A stretch of 64,000 bases of DNA from an uncultured Acidobacteriaceae bacterium (GCA_963832765.1 CAWHVI010000017.1:17900-81899), one strand, 5' to 3'; counted from the first letter of the stretch, positions 37,884-48,036 are shown. Notes: generated by a model from the letters alone, not told the origin. Program-made: numbers and translations.

Positions 37884-38619
37884 CAACGCCTACCACTTGT
37901 CCTACAACGTCAGCTTCCTGAGGATATTTCAGGATTCTCGCTGGAACCGGCGATAGAGGGTGTGATTGGAGGACGATGTCATCCTTGACCAAGGTACACC
38001 AGGAGCAGACGTAGCCCTGGCGCGTCTCGACAAAGTAGATGGGGCGTTCAAATTCGGAGCGCCAGCCATTGGAAACGACGGTGTTCTTGGACTCGTCCAC
38101 CTGCACAAAGCTGCCCGGCGGCAAGAGCGGGTACATGGTCAAATCTTCACTGCCGACATATCCGTAGGTGTATTCGCAATTCGCAAACTGTGCCAGGTAG
38201 GCCAAGGGAACTACTCCCCACTGCTCGACCAAACGCCCAATGTTGGAGGTAAAGCGCGGATCGAAGGCAGGATCCATTCTCACCGGAACCTGCACCGTGG
38301 AAACAGGCGCCAAAGCCTTGGAGAAATGAGAACGGGGAGGGGCAGCCAGATCCATATCCTCCACGATCGAACTCATCTCAATGCCGTACCAGGACAGCAG
38401 TTCGCTCACATCTCGGCGATAGATAACGGAAAGGGAATACAGCCGATAGATGCTGGGCACAACTCCCTTTGTCTCTATATCCGAAAGCCGGCTGGGAGGT
38501 AATGCAAATTCATCGCTTCCATGTTTTACCGCGATGCGCATGCTGGCATTCTCGACATCGCGCATCGTAAGGCCGAGCCGTTCGCGGAGCGCACGAAAGT
38601 TCTGTCCGCCTGATAACAT
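37813..38619 (-). CDS. XRE-family HTH regulator with a C-terminal S24/LexA-like domain (CI-like)
   Basis: FRALRERLGLTMRDVENAS HTH. The C-terminal region aligns to the S24 fold but reads LTM for DSM and VVGQVV for the Lys motif. Start set at the ATG preceded by GAGGGGGA; the maximal ORF extends to 38832. Confidence 0.7.
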   Translation of the reverse strand: MLSGGQNFRALRERLGLTMRDVENASMRIAVKHGSDEFALPPSRLSDIETKGVVPSIYRLYSLSVIYRRDVSELLSWYGIEMSSIVEDMDLAAPPRSHFSKALAPVSTVQVPVRMDPAFDPRFTSNIGRLVEQWGVVPLAYLAQFANCEYTYGYVGSEDLTMYPLLPPGSFVQVDESKNTVVSNGWRSEFERPIYFVETRQGYVCSWCTLVKDDIVLQSHPLSPVPARILKYPQEADVVGQVVGVAMRLDDWRPIDGLRAPKERGALN

Positions 38620-38905
38620 CAATTCCCCCTCTGCCGGTCCATCGGCATTGCTTTTCGACCGGTACCGCTTCTCTAAATTCGGACGGGCGTATCCTAGGGG
38701 GAGCTGTTCTGGATTCGTAACGAATTCAGAAAGCTTGCGCGGTTTCATGCAAACGGAGCTATGTTGCCCCAAGCGCTTCCCTCGCATGAACCGCCTACTT
38801 CGGATGGCAGCCTTAGCAATGCCATCGAACACCTGGGATTATGCCTTGTTCAGGATGGTAAAGCTGTGACTCAACCTTCGCAAGCGAAATAGTGCGAGTA
38901 ATCCT

Positions 38906-38937
38906 CCTCAGACCCGCCTTGGGAGGCGGGTCTGAGG
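38906..38937 (-). terminator. Perfect 14-bp hairpin downstream of dps
   Basis: CCTCAGACCCGCCT-TGGG-AGGCGGGTCTGAGG, about 25 nt after the dps stop. No clear U tract. Confidence 0.5.
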
Positions 38938-38961
38938 GTAGCGTTGGTAACGAATCGGCTA

Positions 38962-39564
38962 TTACTCTTCTGCTTCGACCAGCGGCATCTCGACCAAGTG
39001 TTCGCTAAGGAACCAAGCCTGCAGCTCATTGGTTCGTAACACGTCACTCACGACTAGATCGTTTGTGCCTTGATCACCCAAGTCGTCGGCTCGCTCCGCA
39101 AGTTCGCGGCATTGTCCAATGATCAGTTTGTGAGCATCCAGCAAGCGTGAGATCTGCACAGGAACCTCTTCGCGGCCGCGCGGGGGACGCTCAATTTGTG
39201 TGGTTTCCGCCACATCGTGTGCCATGGCGATGCTCAGGCCACCGAGCAATTGAATGCGTTCCGCGACACCGTCGACCAGTTCCGCTTGTTCGCCATAATG
39301 CTTATCGAAGAGCAAATGAAGTTGGTAGAACGTCGGGCCGGCTACCTGCCAGTGCGACTTCTTGTAGAGATCCCGCAGGGTCATGGTATCGGCTAGAAGC
39401 TGGTTCAGCTTTTCCGTCATTTCCAGGCGGACCGGTTCTTCCAGCTCCAGAGGCAACGCGTGCGTCACCGTGCCGTATTCCTGAATTTCGCGAGCTTTTT
39501 GGTGAAGGCGAGGCTGGGAGTTGAGCCCCCCGCCATGATTGCCAGAGGTTGTTTTCCGGGGCAT
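38962..39564 (-). CDS. dps: Dps-family ferritin-like DNA-protection protein
   Basis: LRDLYKKSHWQVAGPTFYQLHLLFDKH and later ferroxidase residues. Confidence 0.85.
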   Translation of the reverse strand: MPRKTTSGNHGGGLNSQPRLHQKAREIQEYGTVTHALPLELEEPVRLEMTEKLNQLLADTMTLRDLYKKSHWQVAGPTFYQLHLLFDKHYGEQAELVDGVAERIQLLGGLSIAMAHDVAETTQIERPPRGREEVPVQISRLLDAHKLIIGQCRELAERADDLGDQGTNDLVVSDVLRTNELQAWFLSEHLVEMPLVEAEE

Positions 39565-39826
39565 GATGTGATTTCTCCTGGTTGGAAGTTTACTGAATCG
39601 ATTTAAAGGAAGATCTGCGACCCTTGTTCGGCTTTAGAATGCCGTCGACGGTTTGGATGTTGCGGAGAGCCTGCCCGTTGCGGGTCGGCTGGCAAAATCG
39701 CGCAGTGCGAAAACAGGGACCGATGGACCGCCCGGAGTTACAAGGGGAACCGCCCGTGACCAGCAAAATTCCGGATTATTGTCTATGATGGATTATTCGT
39801 AGCAACCCCATGGAGAAAAAGCTGAC

Positions 39827-42526
39827 GTGGCCGAGACTCTAAACGCCGAAATTCCGTCTACTTCTAACGGCTCCGAGGTGCTGGAAACCCGGGAATGGAT
39901 TGATTCCCTGGATTACGTACTGTCCGCCGGGGGCCCGGAGCGGGCCGGAAGACTGCTGCAGCAACTTTCGCTGCACGCCCGTCGCGCGGCCGGCGTAAAC
40001 CTGCCCTTCACCGCCACTACGCCCTACGTGAATACGATTCCTCCCCGCCAGCAGCCGCCATTCCCGGGCAGCCAGGCGATGGAGCGGCGTATCAAGAGCC
40101 TGGTTCGCTGGAACGCGCTCGCCATGGTGGTCAAGGCCAACAAGATGCAGGAGGGTATCGGCGGGCACATTTCGACCTACGCCTCCGCGGCCACGCTTTA
40201 TGAAGTGGCGTTCAACCACTTTCTGCGTGCGCGTACCGCGGATGGCGATCGGGATGTCGTTTATTTTCAGGGGCATGCTGCGCCCGGGATGTATTCCCGC
40301 GCCTTCCTCGAAGGCCGCATTCCAAAAGAAAAGCTGCAGAACTTCCGGCGTGAGCTGAAGCCCGGGGGCGGGCTCACGTCGTATCCCCACCCGTGGCTGA
40401 TGCCTGACTTCTGGGAATTCCCCACAGTTTCTATGGGGCTGGGGCCGATTCAGGCGATCTACCACGCGCGGTTCATGCGCTATCTGGAAGATCGCGGGCT
40501 GAAGAAGTCCGCCACCGGCAACGTGTGGGCGTTCATGGGTGACGGCGAGATGGACGAGCCCGAGTCCCTGGGTTCCATCACTCTGGCCTCCCGCGAGAAA
40601 CTCGACAATCTCATCTTCGTGATTAATTGCAACTTGCAGCGTCTGGACGGCCCGGTGCGCGGCAACGGCAAGATCATTCAGGAACTGGAAGCCATCTTCC
40701 GCGGCGCGGGATGGAACGTCATCAAAGTGATCTGGGGCAGTGACTGGGACACCGTTCTCGAAAACGATCGTGACGGTCTACTGGTTCGGCGCATGGGCGA
40801 AGTCACCGACGGGCAATGGCAGAAATATTTCGTCGAGAGCGGCGCCTACTTCCGCCAGAATTTCTTCGGGACTGACCCACGTCTGCTCAAGATGGTCGAG
40901 CACTTCTCCGACGAACAATTATCCCGCATCCGGCTAGGTGGCCACGACCCCCTCAAAGTTCACGCTGCTTACAAGGCGGCAGTCGAACATCAAGGATCGC
41001 CCACGGTCATTCTGGCGAAGACCATCAAAGGCTACGGCCTGGGGGAAGCGGGCGAAGGCAAGAACATTACCCATCAGCAGAAGAAGCTGAACGACGAAGA
41101 GTTGCGCATTTTTCGCTCCCGTTTCGGAATTCCCATTCCGGACGAAGAACTGCATGATGCGCCTTTCTACCGTCCGCCGGATGATAGTCCGGAAGTCCGC
41201 TACCTGCAGGAGCGGCGCAAGCAACTGGGCGGTTATATGCCCGAGCGCAAAGTCAGCGCCACGCCCATCCAGCCGGTATCCGAATCGCATTTCGAGGAGT
41301 TCTGTAAGGGCACCGACGGCCGCGAAGTTTCCACGACCATGGTGTTCGTGCGGCTGCTGTCGAAGTTGCTGCGCGATCCGGAAATCGGCAAGCTGATCGT
41401 GCCCATCATTCCCGATGAAGCTCGCACCTTCGGCATGGAGGCGCTCTTCCGGCAAGTCGGAATTTACTCCAACGTCGGCCAGCTTTATGAGCCGGTGGAC
41501 ATGGACACCCTGCTCTACTACAAAGAGGCGAAGAACGGGCAGATTCTGGAAGAAGGCATTACCGAAGCCGGTTCCATGAGTTCGTTCATCGCCGCTGGAA
41601 CCGCCTACGCCACCCACGGGATCAACACGATCCCGTTTTTCATTTATTACTCGATGTTCGGTTTCCAGCGCATCGGCGATCTGATCTGGGCTGCCGCCGA
41701 TCAGCGCACTCGTGGCTTTCTCATCGGCGGCACCGCTGGCCGCACCACCCTGGCTGGAGAGGGCCTGCAGCACCAGGACGGCCACAGTCATGTGCTGGCC
41801 TTGTCCGTGCCCAATCTCATGGCGTACGATCCCGCTTTTGCCTACGAGATCGCCATCATTATCCAGGATGGCATTAAGCGGATGTATGTGGATCAGGAGT
41901 CCATCTTCTACTACCTGACCGTCACGAACGAGTTCTTACCGATGCCGCCTATGCCCGATGGTAAGGACGTGCGGGAGGGCATCCTCAAGGGCTTGTACCG
42001 TTACAAGACCTCCGGGAAAAAAGACGCCAAACTGCGGGCGCAGCTATTCGGCAGCGGAACCATCATGTACGAGGTGCTGAAGGCGCAGCAGATTCTGGAA
42101 GAGAAATACAACGTGGCGGCCGATGTCTGGAGCGTTACCAGTTACAAGCAGCTCTACCGGGACGGCAATGACTGCGAGCGCTGGAACATGCTGCATCCGG
42201 GAGCGAAACCCCAGGTGCCGTTTGTGACGCAACAGCTGAAAGATGCGCCAGGCGTATTCGTTGCCGCATCCGATTACATGAAAGTACTGCCCGAGTCTAT
42301 TTCTCAGTGGGTCCCGCGCCGGTTGGTCTCGCTGGGAACGGACGGCTTTGGCCGCAGCGAGAATCGTGCCAGCCTTCGCGACTTTTTTGAGGTAGACGCG
42401 AAGCACGTCGTGCTGGCCACGCTGAACGCCCTGGCGAAAGAGGGCCAGATCAAACCAGATGCAGTGAAAAAAGCGATCAAAGATCTGGAAATTAATCCGG
42501 AGAAGCCGAACCCGGCGATCAGTTGA
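39827..42526 (+). CDS. aceE: Pyruvate dehydrogenase E1 component (homodimeric type)
   Basis: 899 aa with full-length AceE-like sequence (GGHISTYASAATLYEV, GDGEMDEPES). Confidence 0.95.
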   Translation: MAETLNAEIPSTSNGSEVLETREWIDSLDYVLSAGGPERAGRLLQQLSLHARRAAGVNLPFTATTPYVNTIPPRQQPPFPGSQAMERRIKSLVRWNALAMVVKANKMQEGIGGHISTYASAATLYEVAFNHFLRARTADGDRDVVYFQGHAAPGMYSRAFLEGRIPKEKLQNFRRELKPGGGLTSYPHPWLMPDFWEFPTVSMGLGPIQAIYHARFMRYLEDRGLKKSATGNVWAFMGDGEMDEPESLGSITLASREKLDNLIFVINCNLQRLDGPVRGNGKIIQELEAIFRGAGWNVIKVIWGSDWDTVLENDRDGLLVRRMGEVTDGQWQKYFVESGAYFRQNFFGTDPRLLKMVEHFSDEQLSRIRLGGHDPLKVHAAYKAAVEHQGSPTVILAKTIKGYGLGEAGEGKNITHQQKKLNDEELRIFRSRFGIPIPDEELHDAPFYRPPDDSPEVRYLQERRKQLGGYMPERKVSATPIQPVSESHFEEFCKGTDGREVSTTMVFVRLLSKLLRDPEIGKLIVPIIPDEARTFGMEALFRQVGIYSNVGQLYEPVDMDTLLYYKEAKNGQILEEGITEAGSMSSFIAAGTAYATHGINTIPFFIYYSMFGFQRIGDLIWAAADQRTRGFLIGGTAGRTTLAGEGLQHQDGHSHVLALSVPNLMAYDPAFAYEIAIIIQDGIKRMYVDQESIFYYLTVTNEFLPMPPMPDGKDVREGILKGLYRYKTSGKKDAKLRAQLFGSGTIMYEVLKAQQILEEKYNVAADVWSVTSYKQLYRDGNDCERWNMLHPGAKPQVPFVTQQLKDAPGVFVAASDYMKVLPESISQWVPRRLVSLGTDGFGRSENRASLRDFFEVDAKHVVLATLNALAKEGQIKPDAVKKAIKDLEINPEKPNPAIS

Positions 42527-42569
42527 TGTACCCCGTGCCATCGGTATTCCTGTGGTCAAGTGACAAAGT

Positions 42570-42603
42570 CAAACCACAGAAGAAACGGAGGGCACGGAGG
42601 TTC
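42570..42603 (-). repeat. Family-D triple-decamer repeat
   Basis: The reverse complement reads GAACCTCCGTGCCCTCCGTTTCTTCTGTGGTTT, i.e. three degenerate CTCyGTGc-type units. Confidence 0.45.
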
Positions 42604-42629
42604 TACGAGAGAGCAGGGAGACAGACTGC

Positions 42630-44382
42630 GTGACCGAATTCAAGTTACCCGAACTTGGTGAAAACATTGAGCAGGGCGATCTGGTTCGCCTGATGATCGC
42701 TCCCGGCGCAAGCATCAGTGAAGGACAGCCGGTGATGGAATTGGAAACCGACAAGGCCATCGTGGAGGTTCCTTCTTCCCTGAGCGGCACCGTGCAGGAG
42801 ATTCGCGTCAAGGAAGGCCAGAAGGTCAAAGTCGGCCAGGTAATCTTCACAGTTGAGAACGGCGCGGGAGCGAAAACAGAGAAGCGCGTCGAATCCAAAG
42901 CGCCGAAGGCCGAGGCTGCGGCTGCGGCGCAGTCGGGCCCACCCGCGAAGGCCGAGAAACCCGCCCCGGCACAGCCCACACAAAATCAAGCACCGCCATT
43001 TTCGGGACGGCGCTCCACTGACGGGGCGGCCCGAGGTGAATTCAAATTGCCCGAGTTGGGGGAGAACATTTCGCAGGGCGATCTGGTTCGACTGATGATT
43101 TCGCCGGGCGCGAAGGTTTCCGAGGGGCAGCCGGTGATGGAGCTTGAGACCGACAAAGCGGTCGTCGAGGTTCCGTCGTCGCTGAACGGTGTGGTGAAAG
43201 AGGTTCTGGTCAAAGAAGGCGAAAAAATCAAGGTTGGCCAAGTGGTCTTCACGCTGGAAGGTGGAGCGCCGGTCCAGCCCCAGGGAGCGACCTACGCGCC
43301 CGTAGAACATACCTCCGGCCAGCAAGCGGCACGGCTGGCATTTCAGGCCGCGATCCGCGCCGAGGGCAAAACCGAAGAGCAAGCCCTGCCGCCCGACCAA
43401 CCTGTGCCCCAGCCTGCCGACTTCAGCATGCCCACGCAATTGAGCAAGGTTGCGGGGGTGGAGTCTCACGAGCCGGTCCCGGCCGCGCCCCACGTCCGCC
43501 GACTGGCGCGCGAACTGGGGGTGAATATTCATGAGGTCAAAGGGGCCGGCCCCTGGCGGCCGCATCAGCAAGGATGATGTCAAGGAATACGCCAAGACAC
43601 TCATCAGCAATGCGGCCACGGCTCCTTCTCCCCGCGACGCCCGCTTTGTTGCCTCTGAGCTGCCGGATTTTAGCCTATGGGGCAAGATCGAGCGGGTTTC
43701 CATGCGCGGCGTGCGCCGCAAGACTGCCGAGCACCTTTGGGAAGCCTGGATTACCATCCCGCACGTCACCCAGAACGACCATGCCGACATTACTGAGCTA
43801 GAGCAGTTACGCGCGCGCTTTGCTCCTAAAGCTGAAGAAGCTGGCGGCAAGATGACCGTGACCGCCATCGCTCTGAAAGTCTGTGCTTCGGCGCTGAAGA
43901 TATTTCCCCAGTTCAATGCCAGCATTGATATGGCGAAGGAAGAGATTGTTTATAAACAGTACATCCACATTGGGGTGGCGGTGGATACCGATCGCGGCCT
44001 GCTGGTGCCGGTGATCCGCGACGTGGACAAGAAGAACATCGTGGAGCTTGCCGCCGAACTGACCCAGTGTTCCCAAAAAGCGCGCGATAAAAAACTGACC
44101 CCGCAGGATATGGAAGGCGGGACCTTTACGATCACGAATCTCGGGGGGATTGGCGGCACCGGGTTCTCGCCGATCGTGAATTATCCGGAGGTGGCAATTC
44201 TTGGCCTGTCACGCTCGAATATCGCGCCCGTCTGGATGGAAAACAAATTTGAGCCGCGCCGGGTGCTGCCGCTCTCGCTTTCCTATGATCACCGATTAAT
44301 AGACGGAGCCGATGCGGCCCGTTTCCTGCGTTGGATTGCCGAAGCTTTTGAACAGCCATTCCTGCTTTCTGTACAGGGATAG
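42630..44382 (+). pseudogene. aceF: Dihydrolipoamide acetyltransferase E2 (two lipoyl domains, PSBD, catalytic domain), split by a 1-nt insertion in a C4 run at 43550-43553
   Basis: The ORFs 42630-43577 and 43531-44382 are consecutive parts of one E2. Deleting one C restores ...HEVKGAGPGGRISKDDVKEY... May be a sequencing error rather than a true pseudogene. Confidence 0.9.
42636..43260 (+). repeat. Tandem lipoyl-domain duplication inside aceF
   Basis: Two units begin with GAATTCAA at 42636 and 43038 and encode EFKLPELGENI(E/S)QGDLVRLMI...ELETDKA. By eye they are roughly three-quarters identical at the DNA level. Confidence 0.85.
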
Positions 44383-44388
44383 CCCGGG

Positions 44389-44424
44389 TTTCCTCTGTGC
44401 GACTCTGTGCCCTCTGTGGTTAAG
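44389..44424 (+). repeat. Family-D triple-decamer repeat
   Basis: TTTCCTCTGTGCGACTCTGTGCCCTCTGTGGTTAAG, in inverted orientation relative to the copy at 42570-42603. Confidence 0.45.
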
Positions 44425-44432
44425 AACCAATC

Positions 44433-45857
44433 ATGACTGAAACTTCAAACTTGCATATTGCAGTCGTCGGCGGCGGACCCGGCGGATACGCTGCCGCTTT
44501 TCTCGCCGCGGATCTGGGCATGAACGTCACGCTTATCGATCCGGAAGCGAACCCCGGGGGCGTGTGTCTTTACCGTGGATGCATTCCCTCCAAAGCCCTG
44601 TTGCACGTCGCGCAGGTGATCGGCGAGTCGCGCCATGCCAAAAACTGGGGAATCGAGTTCGCTGAGCCGAAAATCGATGTAGCCCGCTTGCGCTCGTTCA
44701 AAGAAGGGGTGGTCAACAAGTTAACCGGCGGACTCGGCTTGTTAGCCAAGCAGCGCAAGGTGGAGCTCGTGCGCGGCGTCGCCGGCTTCGAGAATTCCAG
44801 CACACTGCATATCAAGAAATCTGACGGAAGCGAAGAGTCCCGGAGCTTTGATCGCATCATCCTGGCGACCGGTTCTCGTCCGGCGGTGATTCCCAGCCTC
44901 AAGCTGGACACCCCGCGCATGATGGATTCCACCGGGGCGTTGAATGTGAGTGACGTTCCCGGCAGCCTGCTAGTGGTTGGCGGCGGCTACATCGGTTTGG
45001 AATTGGGCACGGTGTATGCCGCGCTGGGGACGAAAGTCTCCGTGGTGGAAATGCTGCCTGGCTTACTTCCGGGCGCGGACCGCGATTTGGTGCTCCCGCT
45101 GCTCAAGCGGATGGAGAAGATTTTCGAAGCTATCCTGCTGAACACGACTGTCGAATCCGTGAAAGAAGAAGCCAATGGAATTCGCGTAACTTTCAAGGGC
45201 GACGCAGTCAAGGAAAAGGAAAAAGTCTTCGACAAAGTGCTGGTCTCTGTCGGCCGCAAACCCAATTCGGAGATTTCTGGCCTGGACAAGACGAAAGTGA
45301 AAGTCGGCCCGCGCGGTTTCATTCAGGTCAACAAGCAGTTGCAAACCGACGATCCGGCCATCTGCGCCATCGGCGATGTGGTTGGCGAGCCGATGCTGGC
45401 GCACAAGGCTTCTCACGAAGGGCGCACCGCGGTCGAGGCCATGGCCGGGCACAAAGTGGCATTCGAGCCCAACGCCATTCCCGCGGTTGTGTTCACCGAT
45501 CCCGAAATAGCCTGGTGCGGGCTGACCGAAACGCAGGCGCAAAAAGAAAACCGCGAGGTAAAAATTGCCAAGTTTCCCTGGGCGGCTTCCGGACGCGCCA
45601 TCACGCTTGACCGCCCCGAAGGCATGACCAAGCTGGTGATTGATCCCAAGACGGAGCGCGTGCTCGGCGTCGGCATCGTTGGAGTGAGCGCGGGCGAGAT
45701 GATTGCCGAAGGCGTGCTCGCTATTGAAATGGGAGCGCTGGCCAAAGACGTTGCGCTGACCATTCACCCGCATCCCACACTCTCGGAAACGGTGATGGAG
45801 GCCGCCGAGGTCTTTTTCGGCACTAGCACACATATCTACCGACCGAAGGCTCGGTAG
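44433..45857 (+). CDS. lpdA: Dihydrolipoyl dehydrogenase (E3)
   Basis: GGGPGGY FAD motif, redox centre GGVCLYRGCIPSK, C-terminal HPHPTLSE. Confidence 0.95.
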   Translation: MTETSNLHIAVVGGGPGGYAAAFLAADLGMNVTLIDPEANPGGVCLYRGCIPSKALLHVAQVIGESRHAKNWGIEFAEPKIDVARLRSFKEGVVNKLTGGLGLLAKQRKVELVRGVAGFENSSTLHIKKSDGSEESRSFDRIILATGSRPAVIPSLKLDTPRMMDSTGALNVSDVPGSLLVVGGGYIGLELGTVYAALGTKVSVVEMLPGLLPGADRDLVLPLLKRMEKIFEAILLNTTVESVKEEANGIRVTFKGDAVKEKEKVFDKVLVSVGRKPNSEISGLDKTKVKVGPRGFIQVNKQLQTDDPAICAIGDVVGEPMLAHKASHEGRTAVEAMAGHKVAFEPNAIPAVVFTDPEIAWCGLTETQAQKENREVKIAKFPWAASGRAITLDRPEGMTKLVIDPKTERVLGVGIVGVSAGEMIAEGVLAIEMGALAKDVALTIHPHPTLSETVMEAAEVFFGTSTHIYRPKAR

Positions 45858-45884
45858 AACGGCGTCCGATCGTTATCGTCTGCC

Positions 45885-48011
45885 ATGCGATTCCTCAGAC
45901 CTTTTTGCTATGCCGCGTTATGTTTGGCTTTGCCGGCTAGCGTGGCTGCTCAGGAGAAACTCATCATGCACCCCCTCGCGGTCGAAACCTCGCAACTCAC
46001 ATCCACCGAACCCTCCTGGGCGCAAGCCTCCTCCAGCAAGCTGGAAGCGGAACTGGTTGCCAAGTACGGCGCAGCGCAGCGCCTGCGCCTTACCCGTGGC
46101 CTGCATCAGGTAACTGAATTCTGGCGGGCGGAAGACGGCAATGCCGAGGAATTTGAGGATTTCGTCCGTACCAACTTCGCCGGTGACCAGGCCACCCTCG
46201 ATACCATGTTCAATCGCTTCGAGAGCCTGTTCGAACAACTCGACGGCCACATGCACGAGATCAACCGGGAGTTCCGCCAGCAGCTGGATCTGGATCGGGG
46301 GCCGATCCTGCCTTTCGACGAAGTCATCGGCGGATACGATCCGTCAGCCCATGTGCTCGACGATTTCTTCGCCAATAAGCTGGCCTTCACGGTCCTGCTG
46401 AATTTTCCGTTAACCACGCTCGATGAGCGGTTGAGAGAAGGCCCCAACTGGAGCCGCCGCCAGTGGGCGGAAGTGCGTCTGGCGCAACGCTTCGCCAAGC
46501 GCATTCCCGCCGAGGTCAGTCTGGCGATTGCGCAGGTCGATGCCGAGTCCAATAAATACATCGCTGAATACAACATCTGGATGCACCATCTGCTCACCCC
46601 GCAGGGGCAGCGCCTGTTCCCGCCGAAGATGCGGCTGCTGAGCCATTGGAATCTGCGCGACGAAATCAAGGCGGACTACCCCGACAAAGACAACGGCCTG
46701 GCCAAGCAGCGCATGATCCAGCAGGTGATGGAGCGCATCGTTACTCAGACCATTCCCGGGTCGGTGATCGACAATCCGGGCGTGGATTGGAATCCGTACA
46801 GCAACCAGGTCACGCCGGCCGCAGTGCAAGACGGCGATTCGGCAGGCAGCGCCAAAGCCAGTGACCTTCGCGAGCCGGATACGCGCTATGCCATGCTGCA
46901 GAAAACCTTCTTCGCCGCCAGGAAAGCCGATCCCTACTCGCCCACAGAACCCACATTGATTGCCCGCCGCTTCGAAGAGGATCGCGAGATTCCCGAGGTG
47001 CGGGTTCAGGCGATGCTCGAACAGGTGGTCACTTCGCCGCTGGTGGCGCAGACCGCCAAGCTGATTCAGTCGCGGCTGGGGCGTCCGCTGGAGCCTTTTG
47101 ACATCTGGTACAACGGCTTTCGTCCCGGCAGCCAGTACAGCGAAGCCGAACTCGATGCCTTGGTCGAGAAGAAGTATCCCAGCGCCGAGGCCTACCAGAA
47201 AGACATTCCGAATCTGCTGATGAAGCTGGGCTTTTCGGCCGAGCGAGCGCGATATCTGGCGAATCATATTGCGGTCGATCCTTCCCGTGGCGCAGGCCAC
47301 GCCATGGGCGCGGGAATGCGCGCAGAAAGGGCGCATCTGCGAACGCGGATCGGCAAAAGCGGCATGGACTACAAAGGCTTCAACGTGGCCGCCCACGAGA
47401 TGGGCCACACCGTGGAGCAGACTTTTTCCTTGAACGACGTCGATCACACCCTGCTGCAAGGCGTGCCCAACACGGCTTTCACCGAGGCATTCGCCTTCGT
47501 CTTCCAGGGACACGATCTGGAATTGCTCGGCTTGCCGGCTCCGGATGCTCGCAGCCAGGCGGAGAGAATCCTGAACGATTTCTGGGGAACCTACGAAATC
47601 TCCGGCGTGGCGCTGGTGGATATGGTGGTCTGGCACTGGATGTACGATCACCCGCAAGCCACGCCCGGCGAGCTTAACCAGGCCACCGTGCACATTGCGA
47701 AGGACATTTGGAACCGTTACTACGCGCCTGTGTTTCACCAGAATGACGTCGTCCTGCTCGGCGTTTACTCCCACATGATTGATTCGTTTCTCTATTTGCC
47801 GGATTATCCGATTGGCCACTTGATCGCATTTCAGATCGAGGAGCAGATGAAGAAGGCCGGCTCCATCGGCCCGGAATTCGAACGCATGGCGGTCATGGGG
47901 CGCGTTACGCCGGATTTGTGGATGGAACACGCCACCGGGCGGCCGGTCGGGGCCGAAGCCTTACTCGAAGCCGCGCAGCATGCCTTGACGGTGGTCAGTT
48001 CGCCTCAATGA
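45885..48011 (+). CDS. Secreted putative zinc metallopeptidase (HEXXH), family unknown
   Basis: Signal peptide and a single HEMGH motif (FNVAAHEMGHTVEQ). No further family assignment possible by eye. Confidence 0.55.
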   Translation: MRFLRPFCYAALCLALPASVAAQEKLIMHPLAVETSQLTSTEPSWAQASSSKLEAELVAKYGAAQRLRLTRGLHQVTEFWRAEDGNAEEFEDFVRTNFAGDQATLDTMFNRFESLFEQLDGHMHEINREFRQQLDLDRGPILPFDEVIGGYDPSAHVLDDFFANKLAFTVLLNFPLTTLDERLREGPNWSRRQWAEVRLAQRFAKRIPAEVSLAIAQVDAESNKYIAEYNIWMHHLLTPQGQRLFPPKMRLLSHWNLRDEIKADYPDKDNGLAKQRMIQQVMERIVTQTIPGSVIDNPGVDWNPYSNQVTPAAVQDGDSAGSAKASDLREPDTRYAMLQKTFFAARKADPYSPTEPTLIARRFEEDREIPEVRVQAMLEQVVTSPLVAQTAKLIQSRLGRPLEPFDIWYNGFRPGSQYSEAELDALVEKKYPSAEAYQKDIPNLLMKLGFSAERARYLANHIAVDPSRGAGHAMGAGMRAERAHLRTRIGKSGMDYKGFNVAAHEMGHTVEQTFSLNDVDHTLLQGVPNTAFTEAFAFVFQGHDLELLGLPAPDARSQAERILNDFWGTYEISGVALVDMVVWHWMYDHPQATPGELNQATVHIAKDIWNRYYAPVFHQNDVVLLGVYSHMIDSFLYLPDYPIGHLIAFQIEEQMKKAGSIGPEFERMAVMGRVTPDLWMEHATGRPVGAEALLEAAQHALTVVSSPQ

Positions 48012-48036
48012 TCCAGACCGGGCTATCTGAGGCTCG

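Noticed and set aside
43540-43560. Programmed ribosomal frameshift in aceF
   Set aside because: There is no slippery heptamer or obvious downstream stimulatory structure. An identical kind of +1 indel occurs in the unrelated crotonase gene, so a sequencing or assembly indel, or simple mutation, is more parsimonious.
42645-43925. 426-aa minus-strand ORF spanning the aceF frameshift site
   Set aside because: It runs uninterrupted across the frameshift, but it is antisense to clear lipoyl and PSBD coding sequence and has R/G/L-rich composition. I treat it as a shadow ORF, not as an alternative explanation for the split.
46410-47930. 506-aa minus-strand ORF
   Set aside because: It is antisense to the 708-aa HEXXH protein, which has a signal peptide and the motif. 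The composition (R/H/G/L-rich) is typical of shadow ORFs in GC-rich DNA.
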